Virus record (IMG/VR): IMGVR_UViG_3300015050_001160
Coordinates: 1-30,252 of that record
Reading direction: 5' to 3' (one strand)
DNA: 30,252 bases
Origin: a virus
Taxonomy: Duplodnaviria > Caudoviricetes
Positions within the stretch are counted from its first letter, which is position 1. The number at the start of each line of letters is the position of its first letter. A program made the position numbers and the translations under genes. Under the pieces are notes generated by a model, which was not told the origin of the DNA, did no database searches, and saw only the letters and a list, made by a program, of their open reading frames with translations. Shown one piece after another: positions 1-9,200 of this stretch.

Positions 1-267
1 GGCACCTACCCGACCAATCACTTCCGCTCGCCGGGCGACAAGTTCAAGCTGAAGGAAGGCGATGCCATCGTCGACTGGATGCGCGAGGTCGAAGGCGACG
101 AGGCCCCGGGCCTGAACCGGAAGGCCGCCAAGGTGCCGAACCGGCCGCGCAACATCGCGGAGCCGAACAAGCCCAACGGCGACCAGCAGCCGGGTGACGA
201 GACGGGCAACGCGACCGAACCGTCCACGGCCCAAGACCCGGATCAGGTCGACCCCGACCTGGCCTAG
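1..267 (+). CDS. Hypothetical protein, 5'-truncated by the window (head-region small protein)
   Basis: Frame 1 is open from base 1 (GTYPTNHFRSPGDKFKLKEGDAIVDWMREV...) to TAG at 265-267, with typical codon bias. A terminator follows. Confidence 0.75.
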   Translation, partial: GTYPTNHFRSPGDKFKLKEGDAIVDWMREVEGDEAPGLNRKAAKVPNRPRNIAEPNKPNGDQQPGDETGNATEPSTAQDPDQVDPDLA

Positions 268-296
268 GCCATCCACCCCCTCCCCGTAGGGGTTCC

Positions 297-332
297 GAGC
301 CGGGGGCCTCACCGCCCCCGGCTCTTTTCTTT
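297..332 (+). terminator. Rho-independent terminator
   Basis: GAGCCGGGGGC-ctcacc-GCCCCCGGCTC perfect 11-bp stem followed by TTTTCTTT. Confidence 0.9.
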
Positions 333-344
333 GAGGCGCTCTCC

Positions 345-998
345 ATGACCACCGCCGTCGCCATCGCCAACCTGGCTCTGTCGCACCTCGGCGACGACGC
401 CACGGTCGTGAACCTCGACCCGCCGGAGGGCAGCGCGCAGGCCGAACAGGCCGCCCTGTTCTACCCCATCGCTCGCGACGCGCTGGTCGAGATGTACCCC
501 TGGAACTTCGCCCTTCGCCGCGCGACGCTCGCGCTGCTCGAAGAAGAGCCGGTCACACAGTGGGCCTACGGCTACGCCCTGCCCTCGAACGTGCTCGGCG
601 TGTTCTCGGTGCAAGGCCCCGACGACACAGACGACTTCGTCAGCACCGCCTACGGCCCGCTGGTCGCGATCAACGGCGTCCACGACTTCGAGATCGAGGG
701 CCTCGCCGATGGCACCCGCGTGCTCTACACCAACGTCGCCGACGCCCGCATCCGCTATACGGTGGCGGTCACGGTGCCCAGCTTCTTCCCGCCGCTGTTC
801 ACCCTCGCCCTGTCCTACTTCCTGGCCAGCTTCCTCGCCGGCCCCGTGCTCAAGGGCGAGACCGGCCGCACGGTGGCGGCCCAGATGCTGCAGATCATGG
901 GCGGCTTCCTGAACAAGGCCCAGATCCAGGACGCCAAACAGCGCCGCGCCAACCGGGTCCGTGACGCGCACGTCGCCCCGTGGATGGGCGCACGCTGA
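345..998 (+). CDS. Tail tubular protein A / head-tail adaptor (T7 gp11-like)
   Basis: 217 aa. IANLALSHLG...YPWNFA...WAYGYALPS...F..AL...LA pattern typical of podovirus adaptors. GAGG RBS. Lies before tubular B. Confidence 0.85.
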   Translation: MTTAVAIANLALSHLGDDATVVNLDPPEGSAQAEQAALFYPIARDALVEMYPWNFALRRATLALLEEEPVTQWAYGYALPSNVLGVFSVQGPDDTDDFVSTAYGPLVAINGVHDFEIEGLADGTRVLYTNVADARIRYTVAVTVPSFFPPLFTLALSYFLASFLAGPVLKGETGRTVAAQMLQIMGGFLNKAQIQDAKQRRANRVRDAHVAPWMGAR

Positions 999-3052
999 TG
1001 GGCGGCACGCTGCGCACCAACTTCCGCTCCTTCGCAGGCGGCGAGATCACGCCCGAGATGTACGGGCGGATCGACGACGTCCGCTACCAGACGGGCCTCG
1101 CCCTGTGCCGGAACTTCGTCACCCTGCCGCACGGGCCGGCGCAGAACCGCGCGGGCTTCGAGTTCGTGCGCGAGGTCAAGGACAGCACCAAGGCCACCCG
1201 CCTGCTGCCCTTCACCTTCAGCGCCGCCGACACCGTCGTGATCGAGTTCGGCGAGGGCTATTTCCGCTTCCACAGCCAGGGCGGCACGGTGCTCGACGGG
1301 CCCGACCCCTACGAGGTCGAGAACGACTACCTCGAGGCGGACCTGTTCAAGGTCAAGTTCGTGCAATCGGCCGACGTCCTGACGCTCGTCCACCCCGACT
1401 ACCCGGTGACCGAGCTGCGCCGATCCGGCCCGACGTCGTGGGCCGTGACGGCGGCCACCACCGGCCCGGGCATCGACCCGCCGTCGGGCCTCAACGTCGT
1501 GGCCACCACCGCGGGCGCGAGCTATCTGCGCAGCGACGAGTATGTCGTGACCTCGGTCATCGGCACCGTCGAGAGCGCGGCCTCGGCACCGGACAGCGCA
1601 ACCAACAACCTGAACGCGGCCGACACCTACAACACCATCAGCTGGACGGCCGAGACCGGGGCCACAGGCTATCGCGTCTACCGCAAGGCGGGCGGCCTGT
1701 TCTATCTGATCGCCGTGCTCGACGGCAACGGCTCGGTCAGCGTGATCGACGACAACCTGCCGGCCAACGGCGGCATCACCCCGCCGCAGGCCTCGGACCC
1801 CTTCGCCGACGACAACAACCCCGGGGCGATCACCTATTTCGAGCAGCGCAAGGTGTTCGGCGGATCGCTGGCCCAGCCCCAGAATATATGGTCAACGCGC
1901 ACCGGGTCGGAGGTCGACTTCAACTACTCGGTGCCGCCGCGCGACGACGACAGCATCCAGTTCGCCATCGCGGCGCGCGACTACAACCAGATTATCCACC
2001 TGGTCCCGCTTCAGGATCTGATCGTCATGACCCAGGCGGGCGAGTGGCGCGTGTCCTCGGGCGGCAACGCCTGGGTGCCCGGGGGCTTCGGCGTCCGGCC
2101 GCAGTCTTATGTCGGGGCGGGCCACGCGACGCCGATCACCACCGGATCCAACCTGGTCTTCGCCGACACCGCGGGCCATATCCGCGAGATGTCGTACCAG
2201 GACACGGCCGGCGGCTATCTGACCGGCGACCTGTCGCTGCGCGCGCCGCACCTGTTCGACACCTTCGAGATCGTCGACAGCGCCCAGGTCAAGGCCCCCT
2301 ACCCGATCCTGTGGTTCGTCAGCTCCAGCGGCAAGCTGCTCGGCATCACCTACATTCCCGAACAGCAGGTCGCTGGCTGGCACCAGCACGACACCGCGGG
2401 TCTGTTCGAGAGCGTGGCCGCCGTCCGCGAGGGGAGCGAGACCGCGCTCTACGCCGTCATCCAGCGTGAGATCAACGGCAGTTCGGTGCGCTATGTCGAG
2501 CGCATGCGCAGCCGGGCGTTCAGCGCCGCGGCCGACGCCTTCTTCGTCGATGCCGGCGTCTATTACAGCGGCGTCGCCATCGACGAGGTGACGTCGGGCC
2601 TCGAGCACCTCGAGGGTGAGATCGTGTCGATCCTGGCCGACGGTGCGGTGTGCCCGCAGCAGACCGTCATTGACGGCGGTCTGCCCGAGGCGCTCCCCGC
2701 CGAGTGCGAGACGATCATCATCGGCCTGCCCATCGAAGCCGACCTGCAGACCCTGCCCTTCGCGGTCGAGATGCCGGGCGCGGGACAGGGCCGGCCGAAG
2801 AACATCAACGAGCTGTGGCTGCGGGTCTACCGCAGCTCGGGCGTGTTCGCGGGTCCGAACTTCGAGAACCTGACCGAATACAAGCAGCGGACCACCGAGC
2901 CCTACGGCTCGCCGCCGGCCCTGACCACCGACGAGATCGCCATCAAGATCGCACCGTCGTGGTCGATGGGCGGGCAGGTCTGCATCCGCCAGTCGGACCC
3001 GCTGCCATTGACGATCCTGTCGATCTCCGCGGAGACGGTCGTTGCGGGTTAA
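998..3052 (+). CDS. Tail tubular protein B / nozzle (T7 gp12-like)
   Basis: TGATG overlap at 996-1000. N-terminal SFAGGEITP..YGR.D...Y, QSADVL, GWHQH and C-terminal PLPLTILS motifs. 684 aa. Confidence 0.88.
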   Translation: MGGTLRTNFRSFAGGEITPEMYGRIDDVRYQTGLALCRNFVTLPHGPAQNRAGFEFVREVKDSTKATRLLPFTFSAADTVVIEFGEGYFRFHSQGGTVLDGPDPYEVENDYLEADLFKVKFVQSADVLTLVHPDYPVTELRRSGPTSWAVTAATTGPGIDPPSGLNVVATTAGASYLRSDEYVVTSVIGTVESAASAPDSATNNLNAADTYNTISWTAETGATGYRVYRKAGGLFYLIAVLDGNGSVSVIDDNLPANGGITPPQASDPFADDNNPGAITYFEQRKVFGGSLAQPQNIWSTRTGSEVDFNYSVPPRDDDSIQFAIAARDYNQIIHLVPLQDLIVMTQAGEWRVSSGGNAWVPGGFGVRPQSYVGAGHATPITTGSNLVFADTAGHIREMSYQDTAGGYLTGDLSLRAPHLFDTFEIVDSAQVKAPYPILWFVSSSGKLLGITYIPEQQVAGWHQHDTAGLFESVAAVREGSETALYAVIQREINGSSVRYVERMRSRAFSAAADAFFVDAGVYYSGVAIDEVTSGLEHLEGEIVSILADGAVCPQQTVIDGGLPEALPAECETIIIGLPIEADLQTLPFAVEMPGAGQGRPKNINELWLRVYRSSGVFAGPNFENLTEYKQRTTEPYGSPPALTTDEIAIKIAPSWSMGGQVCIRQSDPLPLTILSISAETVVAG

Positions 3053-3524
3053 GGTCCGCCTCGCCCAGATCGAGGACGCGAACAGCATCGAGCCCCACCT
3101 GCGAGACGCGGATCGGGCCGAACTGATCGCGGCCTCGGGGCCGGACGTCCTCGGCCAGCTGCGCGAGGCAGTTGAGCTGTCGCGAGGCCGGCTGGGTCGG
3201 ATGGCCTTCGTCGCCGAGCACGACGGTGAGATCGTCGCGCTCTTCGGGTTTGTGCCCGCGGGCTCGTTGTCGGGCACCGCACACCCCTGGCTGGTCGGCA
3301 CACCGGGCCTGGCTCGGGTGCCCGGTATGTTAAACAGGCTCTCGCGCTCCTACTGTTCGGCGGTGCTGGGCGAGTATCCCCTGCTGGTCAACTATGTCGA
3401 CGCCCGCAATGTGACGAGCGCCGCGTGGCTGAAGCGGCTGGGGTTCAAGCTCGACGCGGCCCAACCCTTCGGTGTCGAAGGCCTCCCCTTCCACCGCTTT
3501 GAAATGCGAGGCCCTCTTGTGTAA
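3042..3524 (+). CDS. GNAT-fold protein (T7 gp13 / DUF2833-like)
   Basis: LR.AD..E..A, PWLVGT and L.NYVDARN..S..WLKRLGF motifs. TTG start. Canonical position after tubular B. Confidence 0.8.
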   Translation: MRVKVRLAQIEDANSIEPHLRDADRAELIAASGPDVLGQLREAVELSRGRLGRMAFVAEHDGEIVALFGFVPAGSLSGTAHPWLVGTPGLARVPGMLNRLSRSYCSAVLGEYPLLVNYVDARNVTSAAWLKRLGFKLDAAQPFGVEGLPFHRFEMRGPLV

Positions 3525-4029
3525 CCCGGCAGCGATCATGGGCATGCAGGCTGCGGGCGCGGGCATGAGCGCGGTCGGAGCCTACGGCTCGGCCAAGGCC
3601 CAGAAGAGCGCGCTCGGGTTCCAGGCCCAGATGGCCGACGTCAACGCGCAGCTGGCCGAGCGCCGCGCGCAGATCGCCCTGGAGCAGGGGGCCTACCAGG
3701 CCCAGGAGATCGAACGCCAAGGCGCGCGGGCCAAGGGCTCGCAGCGCGCGGCGATGGGTGCCGGCGGGATCGCGCTCGACAGCACCACCGCCCTGGCCAT
3801 CGTCGCTGGCACCGACATGGTGTCCGCCGAGGACGCGCAGCAGGCGCGGATCAACGCCGTGCGCGCGGCCTGGGGGCACCGCACCGACGCCACCAACCTG
3901 CGCAATGAGGGCGTCGCCGCCCGCGCCAACGCCAAGGGCATCAACCCGTGGGGCGCAGCGGCGACCAGCATGTTGGGCAGCGCCACGAGCATGGCCTCCA
4001 GCTACTACGGCATGCGGAAAGCGGGCTGA
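3517..4029 (+). CDS. Internal virion / ejection protein (T7 gp14-like)
   Basis: TTG start at 3517 with GAGG RBS gives MCNPAAIMG...; Ala/Gly/Gln-rich; G.QRA.M.A.G motif; synteny. Confidence 0.75.
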   Translation: MCNPAAIMGMQAAGAGMSAVGAYGSAKAQKSALGFQAQMADVNAQLAERRAQIALEQGAYQAQEIERQGARAKGSQRAAMGAGGIALDSTTALAIVAGTDMVSAEDAQQARINAVRAAWGHRTDATNLRNEGVAARANAKGINPWGAAATSMLGSATSMASSYYGMRKAG

Positions 4030-6215
4030 TGGCCAACCTTCGCATCGACGACACACGCCGCGTCGCACCCGGCCAAGCCCCGGGCCAGTTCGACGCGCCC
4101 GACGCCTCGCGCGGCGCGGAGTTCGCCTCGCGCCAAATGCAGGCGGCAGGCCAGGCCGTGCAACAGGGCGGCCAGGTCGCGGCCAACATCTACACCGCCG
4201 AGCGCGAGAAACTCAACGAGACGCGGGTCAACGACGCTCTGGCGCGCGCGCAGCGCGCAGCGCAGGAACAGCAGGCCGAATGGAGCACGCTCCGAGGCGA
4301 AGCTGCGCTGAAGGTCGGCGAGACCGAGCAGCCGATCACGGACGTATACGCCCCCCGCTTCGAGCAGTCTGCCAGCCAGATCGCCGACGACATGGGCCTG
4401 ACCGCCGAGCAGCGCCGCCGATACACAGAGCAGGTCGCGCCGCTGGCCAGCCGTGTTCGGGGAAGCCTGACCGAACACCTCATGCGCGAAAGCGAGACCT
4501 ACAACCAGCAGGTCTATACGAGCGGGGTCGCCACCTACCAGAGCGCCATCCGCGATAACCCCGGCGATCCCGAAATCCGTGTGCAAAGCGTTGCGCGTAT
4601 CCGGGAACTGACAGCCGCCGAAAGCCGCCGGCTCGGCCTGCCCGCCGCCGCTGCCGCCATCGCCGAACAGAACAACGTGGGCAAGGCGCTGCTCGATGTC
4701 GTCAAAGATCTGGCTGACGAAAACGTAGATGAGGCCCAGGCCTACTTCGACGAAAACTACGAGAGCATGACCGCGGAGCAGCGCGACGCGGCACGCACGG
4801 TCCTGCGCCCCGCGCTGGAAGCGCGGACGGCCGAGCAGGTCGCGGATATGTTTAGCCCGCAGCTGGGTGGCGCAGTCGCGGCCCCCGGCGGCGCAGCCAG
4901 TTTCGATCAGTCGATGACGTCCATCTGGGCGTCGGAGGGCTCCGCGCTCGTGGCCGAAGATAACGGTGCCGGCCGCGCGCGGTTTGGCATCACGGAACGC
5001 TCGCACCCGCAAGCCTGGGCTGACGGCGACGTCACCCGGGAAGAGGCCAACACGATCTACCGCCGCGATTACTGGAACGCCATCGGGGCGGACGACCTGC
5101 CCGCTGGCCTCGCGCACATCGCCTTCGACACCGCTGTCAACATGGGCGCGGGCCGTGCCCGAGAGCTTCTGGCCCAGGCCGACGGCGATGTGGTCAAGTT
5201 CGCCCAGCTTCGCCGCGCCGAATACCGACGCATCGCTGCTGCGGACGAGGACGGATCGAGCCGCCAGTTCCTGGGGGCTTGGCTGGAGCGCGTAGACAAG
5301 GTCGAGATGGAGGCCCTCGGCCAGACGCCCGCGGGCTCCAGCCGCGCGCCGACGATGTCGGTGACCCAGGCCGTAGCCGCGGCTCGCGCCGCTTTGCCCC
5401 CGGGCGCGCCGCCCACCCTGGTGCGCACCACCGAAGCCGAAGTGCGCCGCCGCTACGCCGATTTCGACCGCGCCGAGGCCGAAGGTTTCGCCGAAGCGGA
5501 AGACGAGGCGTTCCGCCACATCGAAGCCAACCGCGCTATGCCGGGGCCGGACATCATCTCGCGTCTGAAGCCGGGCAGGCTTGAGACGATCCGTAACTAC
5601 TTCGACACGGTCACCGCGCCGCCGACGGTGCGCAGCGATCCGACCGTCCTCATGGCCATCGCCGCCAACCCCGGGCTCATCACCGAGATGCGGCCGGAAG
5701 AGATCGTCGCCACCTACGGGCGCAGTCTGTCGTCCAACGATCTCATCAGCCTGATCGGCACCTCGGCCCGGGCCAGCACCGCTGCGCGCGCCGAGGCCCA
5801 GAAGTCCGCGGTCGTGCCGCAGGAGGCCTTCTCGTCGGCCTGGTCCGCGACGCTCGACGCCTCGGGCATCGACCGCACGCCCGCAGGCCGCACCGCCGAC
5901 AGCGACCGGCAGGCCCTGGCGCAGGTTAACGCCTCCGTCCGCGAAGAGGTGATCGAGCGCCAACGCACGCTCGGCCGCCAGATGAACCGCGAAGAGATCG
6001 CCGTGCTGATCGAAAACCGCCTGAGCAGGCTTGCTTGGGAGCGCCCGCAGGGTATCTTGCAGCCCTACGCCACAGGCTTCCAGACCTCCTACGAGACGAT
6101 GATCCCGACGAACCAGCGCGAATACCGCACCCGCGCTCGGGAACGTCTTGGTCGCAATCCGACCGAAGCCGAAATCTTTCAAGAATACGTCCGCAACCGC
6201 ATCCGAGGAAACTAG
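4029..6215 (+). CDS. Internal virion / ejection protein with central GH108-like muramidase domain
   Basis: TGATG overlap. Helical Ala/Gln/Glu-rich protein. About 4900-5300 encodes EG...D.G...FGIT...T.EEA..IY...YW....D.LP..LA...FD.AVN.G...A, the glycosyl hydrolase 108 pattern. Confidence 0.8.
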   Translation: MANLRIDDTRRVAPGQAPGQFDAPDASRGAEFASRQMQAAGQAVQQGGQVAANIYTAEREKLNETRVNDALARAQRAAQEQQAEWSTLRGEAALKVGETEQPITDVYAPRFEQSASQIADDMGLTAEQRRRYTEQVAPLASRVRGSLTEHLMRESETYNQQVYTSGVATYQSAIRDNPGDPEIRVQSVARIRELTAAESRRLGLPAAAAAIAEQNNVGKALLDVVKDLADENVDEAQAYFDENYESMTAEQRDAARTVLRPALEARTAEQVADMFSPQLGGAVAAPGGAASFDQSMTSIWASEGSALVAEDNGAGRARFGITERSHPQAWADGDVTREEANTIYRRDYWNAIGADDLPAGLAHIAFDTAVNMGAGRARELLAQADGDVVKFAQLRRAEYRRIAAADEDGSSRQFLGAWLERVDKVEMEALGQTPAGSSRAPTMSVTQAVAAARAALPPGAPPTLVRTTEAEVRRRYADFDRAEAEGFAEAEDEAFRHIEANRAMPGPDIISRLKPGRLETIRNYFDTVTAPPTVRSDPTVLMAIAANPGLITEMRPEEIVATYGRSLSSNDLISLIGTSARASTAARAEAQKSAVVPQEAFSSAWSATLDASGIDRTPAGRTADSDRQALAQVNASVREEVIERQRTLGRQMNREEIAVLIENRLSRLAWERPQGILQPYATGFQTSYETMIPTNQREYRTRARERLGRNPTEAEIFQEYVRNRIRGN

Positions 6216-6221
6216 GCGCTC

Positions 6222-9200
6222 ATGGCTCTCGAAGACCAAGACCCCGCCGAAGAACTCGAAGCTCAACGCCAACGCTTGGCCAACGCCCTGCGGACGGGCG
6301 TGGTGGAGAACCCCGACGCGCTGGCCGCCGACCGCGCCGAAGCGCAGCGCCGGGGCATGCCGGTCTCGCGCCTGCGCGCCATCCGCGAAGTCAACGGCGC
6401 GCTGCCACCCGCCAACTACGACCCGGATCTGCCCGCGCGCGCGCCGGCCACCAGCAACTTCCTCTCGAACCCGGCCAACGCCGCCGTCGCCCACGACGAC
6501 ATCGAGAGCCTGACCGGCCTGGAGCGCATCGTCGCCCGGGGCTTCTATTCGCCGGAAGAGAGCCGCCAGCTGATCGCCCAGACCGCGGCGCGCAATGCCC
6601 GCGAGCAAGGCCAGTCGGCGGCGCGCACGCCGCTGGGCCGCCTGCTCGAACGCCAAGGCCCCGGCGGCCGAGCCGCCGCCAACCTTCTGCGAGGCGTCGC
6701 CGAGGGCACCTCGCGCTTGGCGGGTGGTCTGGCGCGCGTGGACCAGACCCTGTTCGGCGGGATCGAGGACTTCGCCCGCCGCCAATACGACCGTGTCGGC
6801 ATCCCGATATACGACTTCCGGCCGGATGAGCAGGGGCGCTTCAGCATCCAGCGCGTCCGGCCTGCCGCGGACGGCACCACACGCACCAACCAGATGACCC
6901 GAGCGTTGGAGACGCCGGCCGTCGGCTACGAGGCCGGAACGACATGGGAAGAGGTCAAGGCCCGCCCGCTGCAAAACGTCATCCCTTACGCTCTGGAGAG
7001 CGGCCTGGTATCGCTGCCCGACATGGCTGCGGCACTGGCCGTTCTGCCGGCCTACGTCGTCGCTCGCACGGGCGGCATCGGTCAAGACCGCGCTCAGAAC
7101 GATGGACGCGAAGAGGCTACGGTCGCGGACCTGGTTGCTGCTCTGCCTGCGGCCAGCGCCTCGGCCTTCCTCGAACGTCTCGGCACGATGGGTATCCTCG
7201 GTGTCGGCGACGAACTGGTGCGCGGTGGTGTGCGCGGCGTCCTCGGGGCCTCTGCACGAGCGGGCCTGCAGGAAGGCATCACCGAGGCGCTGCAGAGCGG
7301 TGTCGAATACGCAGGCACCAACCTCGGCACCGAGGCCGGGTTCAACCCGGTCACCGCACTGGACCAGATGGCGGCTGGCGCGGTCGCCGGCACACCCTTC
7401 GGGGCCACCGTGCGCGCGGCCACGGCCACGGGCGAGATCGCGCTCGGCCGTTTCAGCACGCAGCAGCAGGCCGCCGAAGCGGGCGACCAAGCCGCCCAGA
7501 CCCTCGGCGAACTGGCGACGCTGGCCGAAGCCTCGAAGCTGAACGAGCGCGACCCCCAGACCTTCCAGCAGTTCATTGAACAGACGTCCGAAGGCACCCC
7601 GGTCGAGAACGTCTACGTCGAGGCGCAGGCCTTCGCGCAGGCGCTGAATGATGCGGGCGTTCCGCTCGAAGACGTGGTCGCCGCGATCCCGGCCCTGGCC
7701 GACCAGCTGCCCGCGGCGCTCGCCTCGGGCGGGGATCTGCGCATGACCGCGGGCGAGTTCGCCACGCACATCGCAGGCACCGACGCCACCGCCGCGCTGC
7801 TCCCCCACCTGCGCACCGACCCCTTCGGCATGAGCCAGGCCCAGGCCAAGGACTTCATGGCCACGCGCGGAGAGGCGCTGCAGGCCGAGGTCGAAGCCGC
7901 CACGGCTCAGGCCCAGGCCACGGAAGAGCTGCGCGCCGGCCGCGAGCGCGTGCGTCAGAAGATCGCCGCGGATCTCGACACCACCGGCCGCTTCACCAAG
8001 GACGTGAACGCCGCCTACGCGACCCTGCCCTCGGCTTTCTACGACGTTATGGGTGCGCGCCTGGGCATTACCGCCGAGCAGGCGGCCGAACGCTATCCGC
8101 TGCGAACCTCGGGCGAGATGCCGACGAGCGCCGGCCGCGAGGTCATGGACCAGGAGACGGACACCGTCGACCTGATCCACTTCAGCGACAACGAAGGCAT
8201 GACGGCCTCCGACCCCTCGAAGTGGGGCGCGAGCCGCGCGACGCAGAACAGCGAACGCGAGCGCCGCAATGCCGGCGCGCCGGGCCGCACCTACTTCGGC
8301 GTCAAGGGCGTCTACAACGGCGAGCCCGCCACGGGCATCGCCCGCCGGCCGTTCCAGTACCAGGCCCAGGTGCCCGCCTCGAAGCTCTACAACTTCGACG
8401 CCGACCCGCAGGGTTTGAAGCCGACGGAGGGCACGCCCGCCGAGATCGCCACCGCCTACGAGAAGGCGATCCAGGCCGCGGGCTTCAGCGGCTATCGCAG
8501 CGACGCCGTCGTGCCCGGAGCCGTGGCGCTGTTCGACAAGGTCGAAGTGTCGCTGGCCAACGTGATGGCCCAGGAGCCGCTGACGCCCGAACAGGCGACG
8601 GCGCGCGCGGCGAAACTGGCCGACGAAATCCCGGGCCTGAAGGGCCTGCTGCCCTACCTGACCACCGACGAGAAGGCCAAACTGCGCCGCGACACCGCGG
8701 CCAAGATCGCCAAAATGGTAGAGGACTTCCCCGACGCCGAAGAGATGGCGGCGGTGGCCTACTCGGGCCGCGCCAAGAAGGGCTGGTACGAGAACAGCGC
8801 CAAGGCGATCCTCGAAATCTTCGGCGCGCAGGACGCCCCGCGCTTCGCCGCGCTGCTGGCGGCGTTGTCGCCCCAGACCTCGGTTGAGGCCAACGCCTTC
8901 AACGCGCTCGCGACCTGGACCAACTGGATCAACGCCGGCCGCCCGACGGGCCAGCGCGAGATCGTCAAAATCATGGGCGAGAGCGTCCAGGGCAAGGGCA
9001 CCGAGGAAAGCGTCCTCAACGCCTGGATCAACAACTCGGTCACGGCGCTGACCGCCGAGAACCCGAACGACATCACGCTCTCAGGGCCGAAGGTCAACAG
9101 CTTCATGCTCAATCTGGTCGGCGTGGTCGACGAGGTGACCAACGACGCTTGGATGGCCAACTACGCCCTGGTCGAGCAGTCGGTGTTCAAGAAGACCGGC

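Noticed and set aside
984-1012. Near-tandem repeat ATGGGCGCACGCTG / ATGGGCGGCACGCTG at the tubular A/B junction
   Set aside because: Short and GC-rich. Plausibly a slippage relic or chance, with no functional support.
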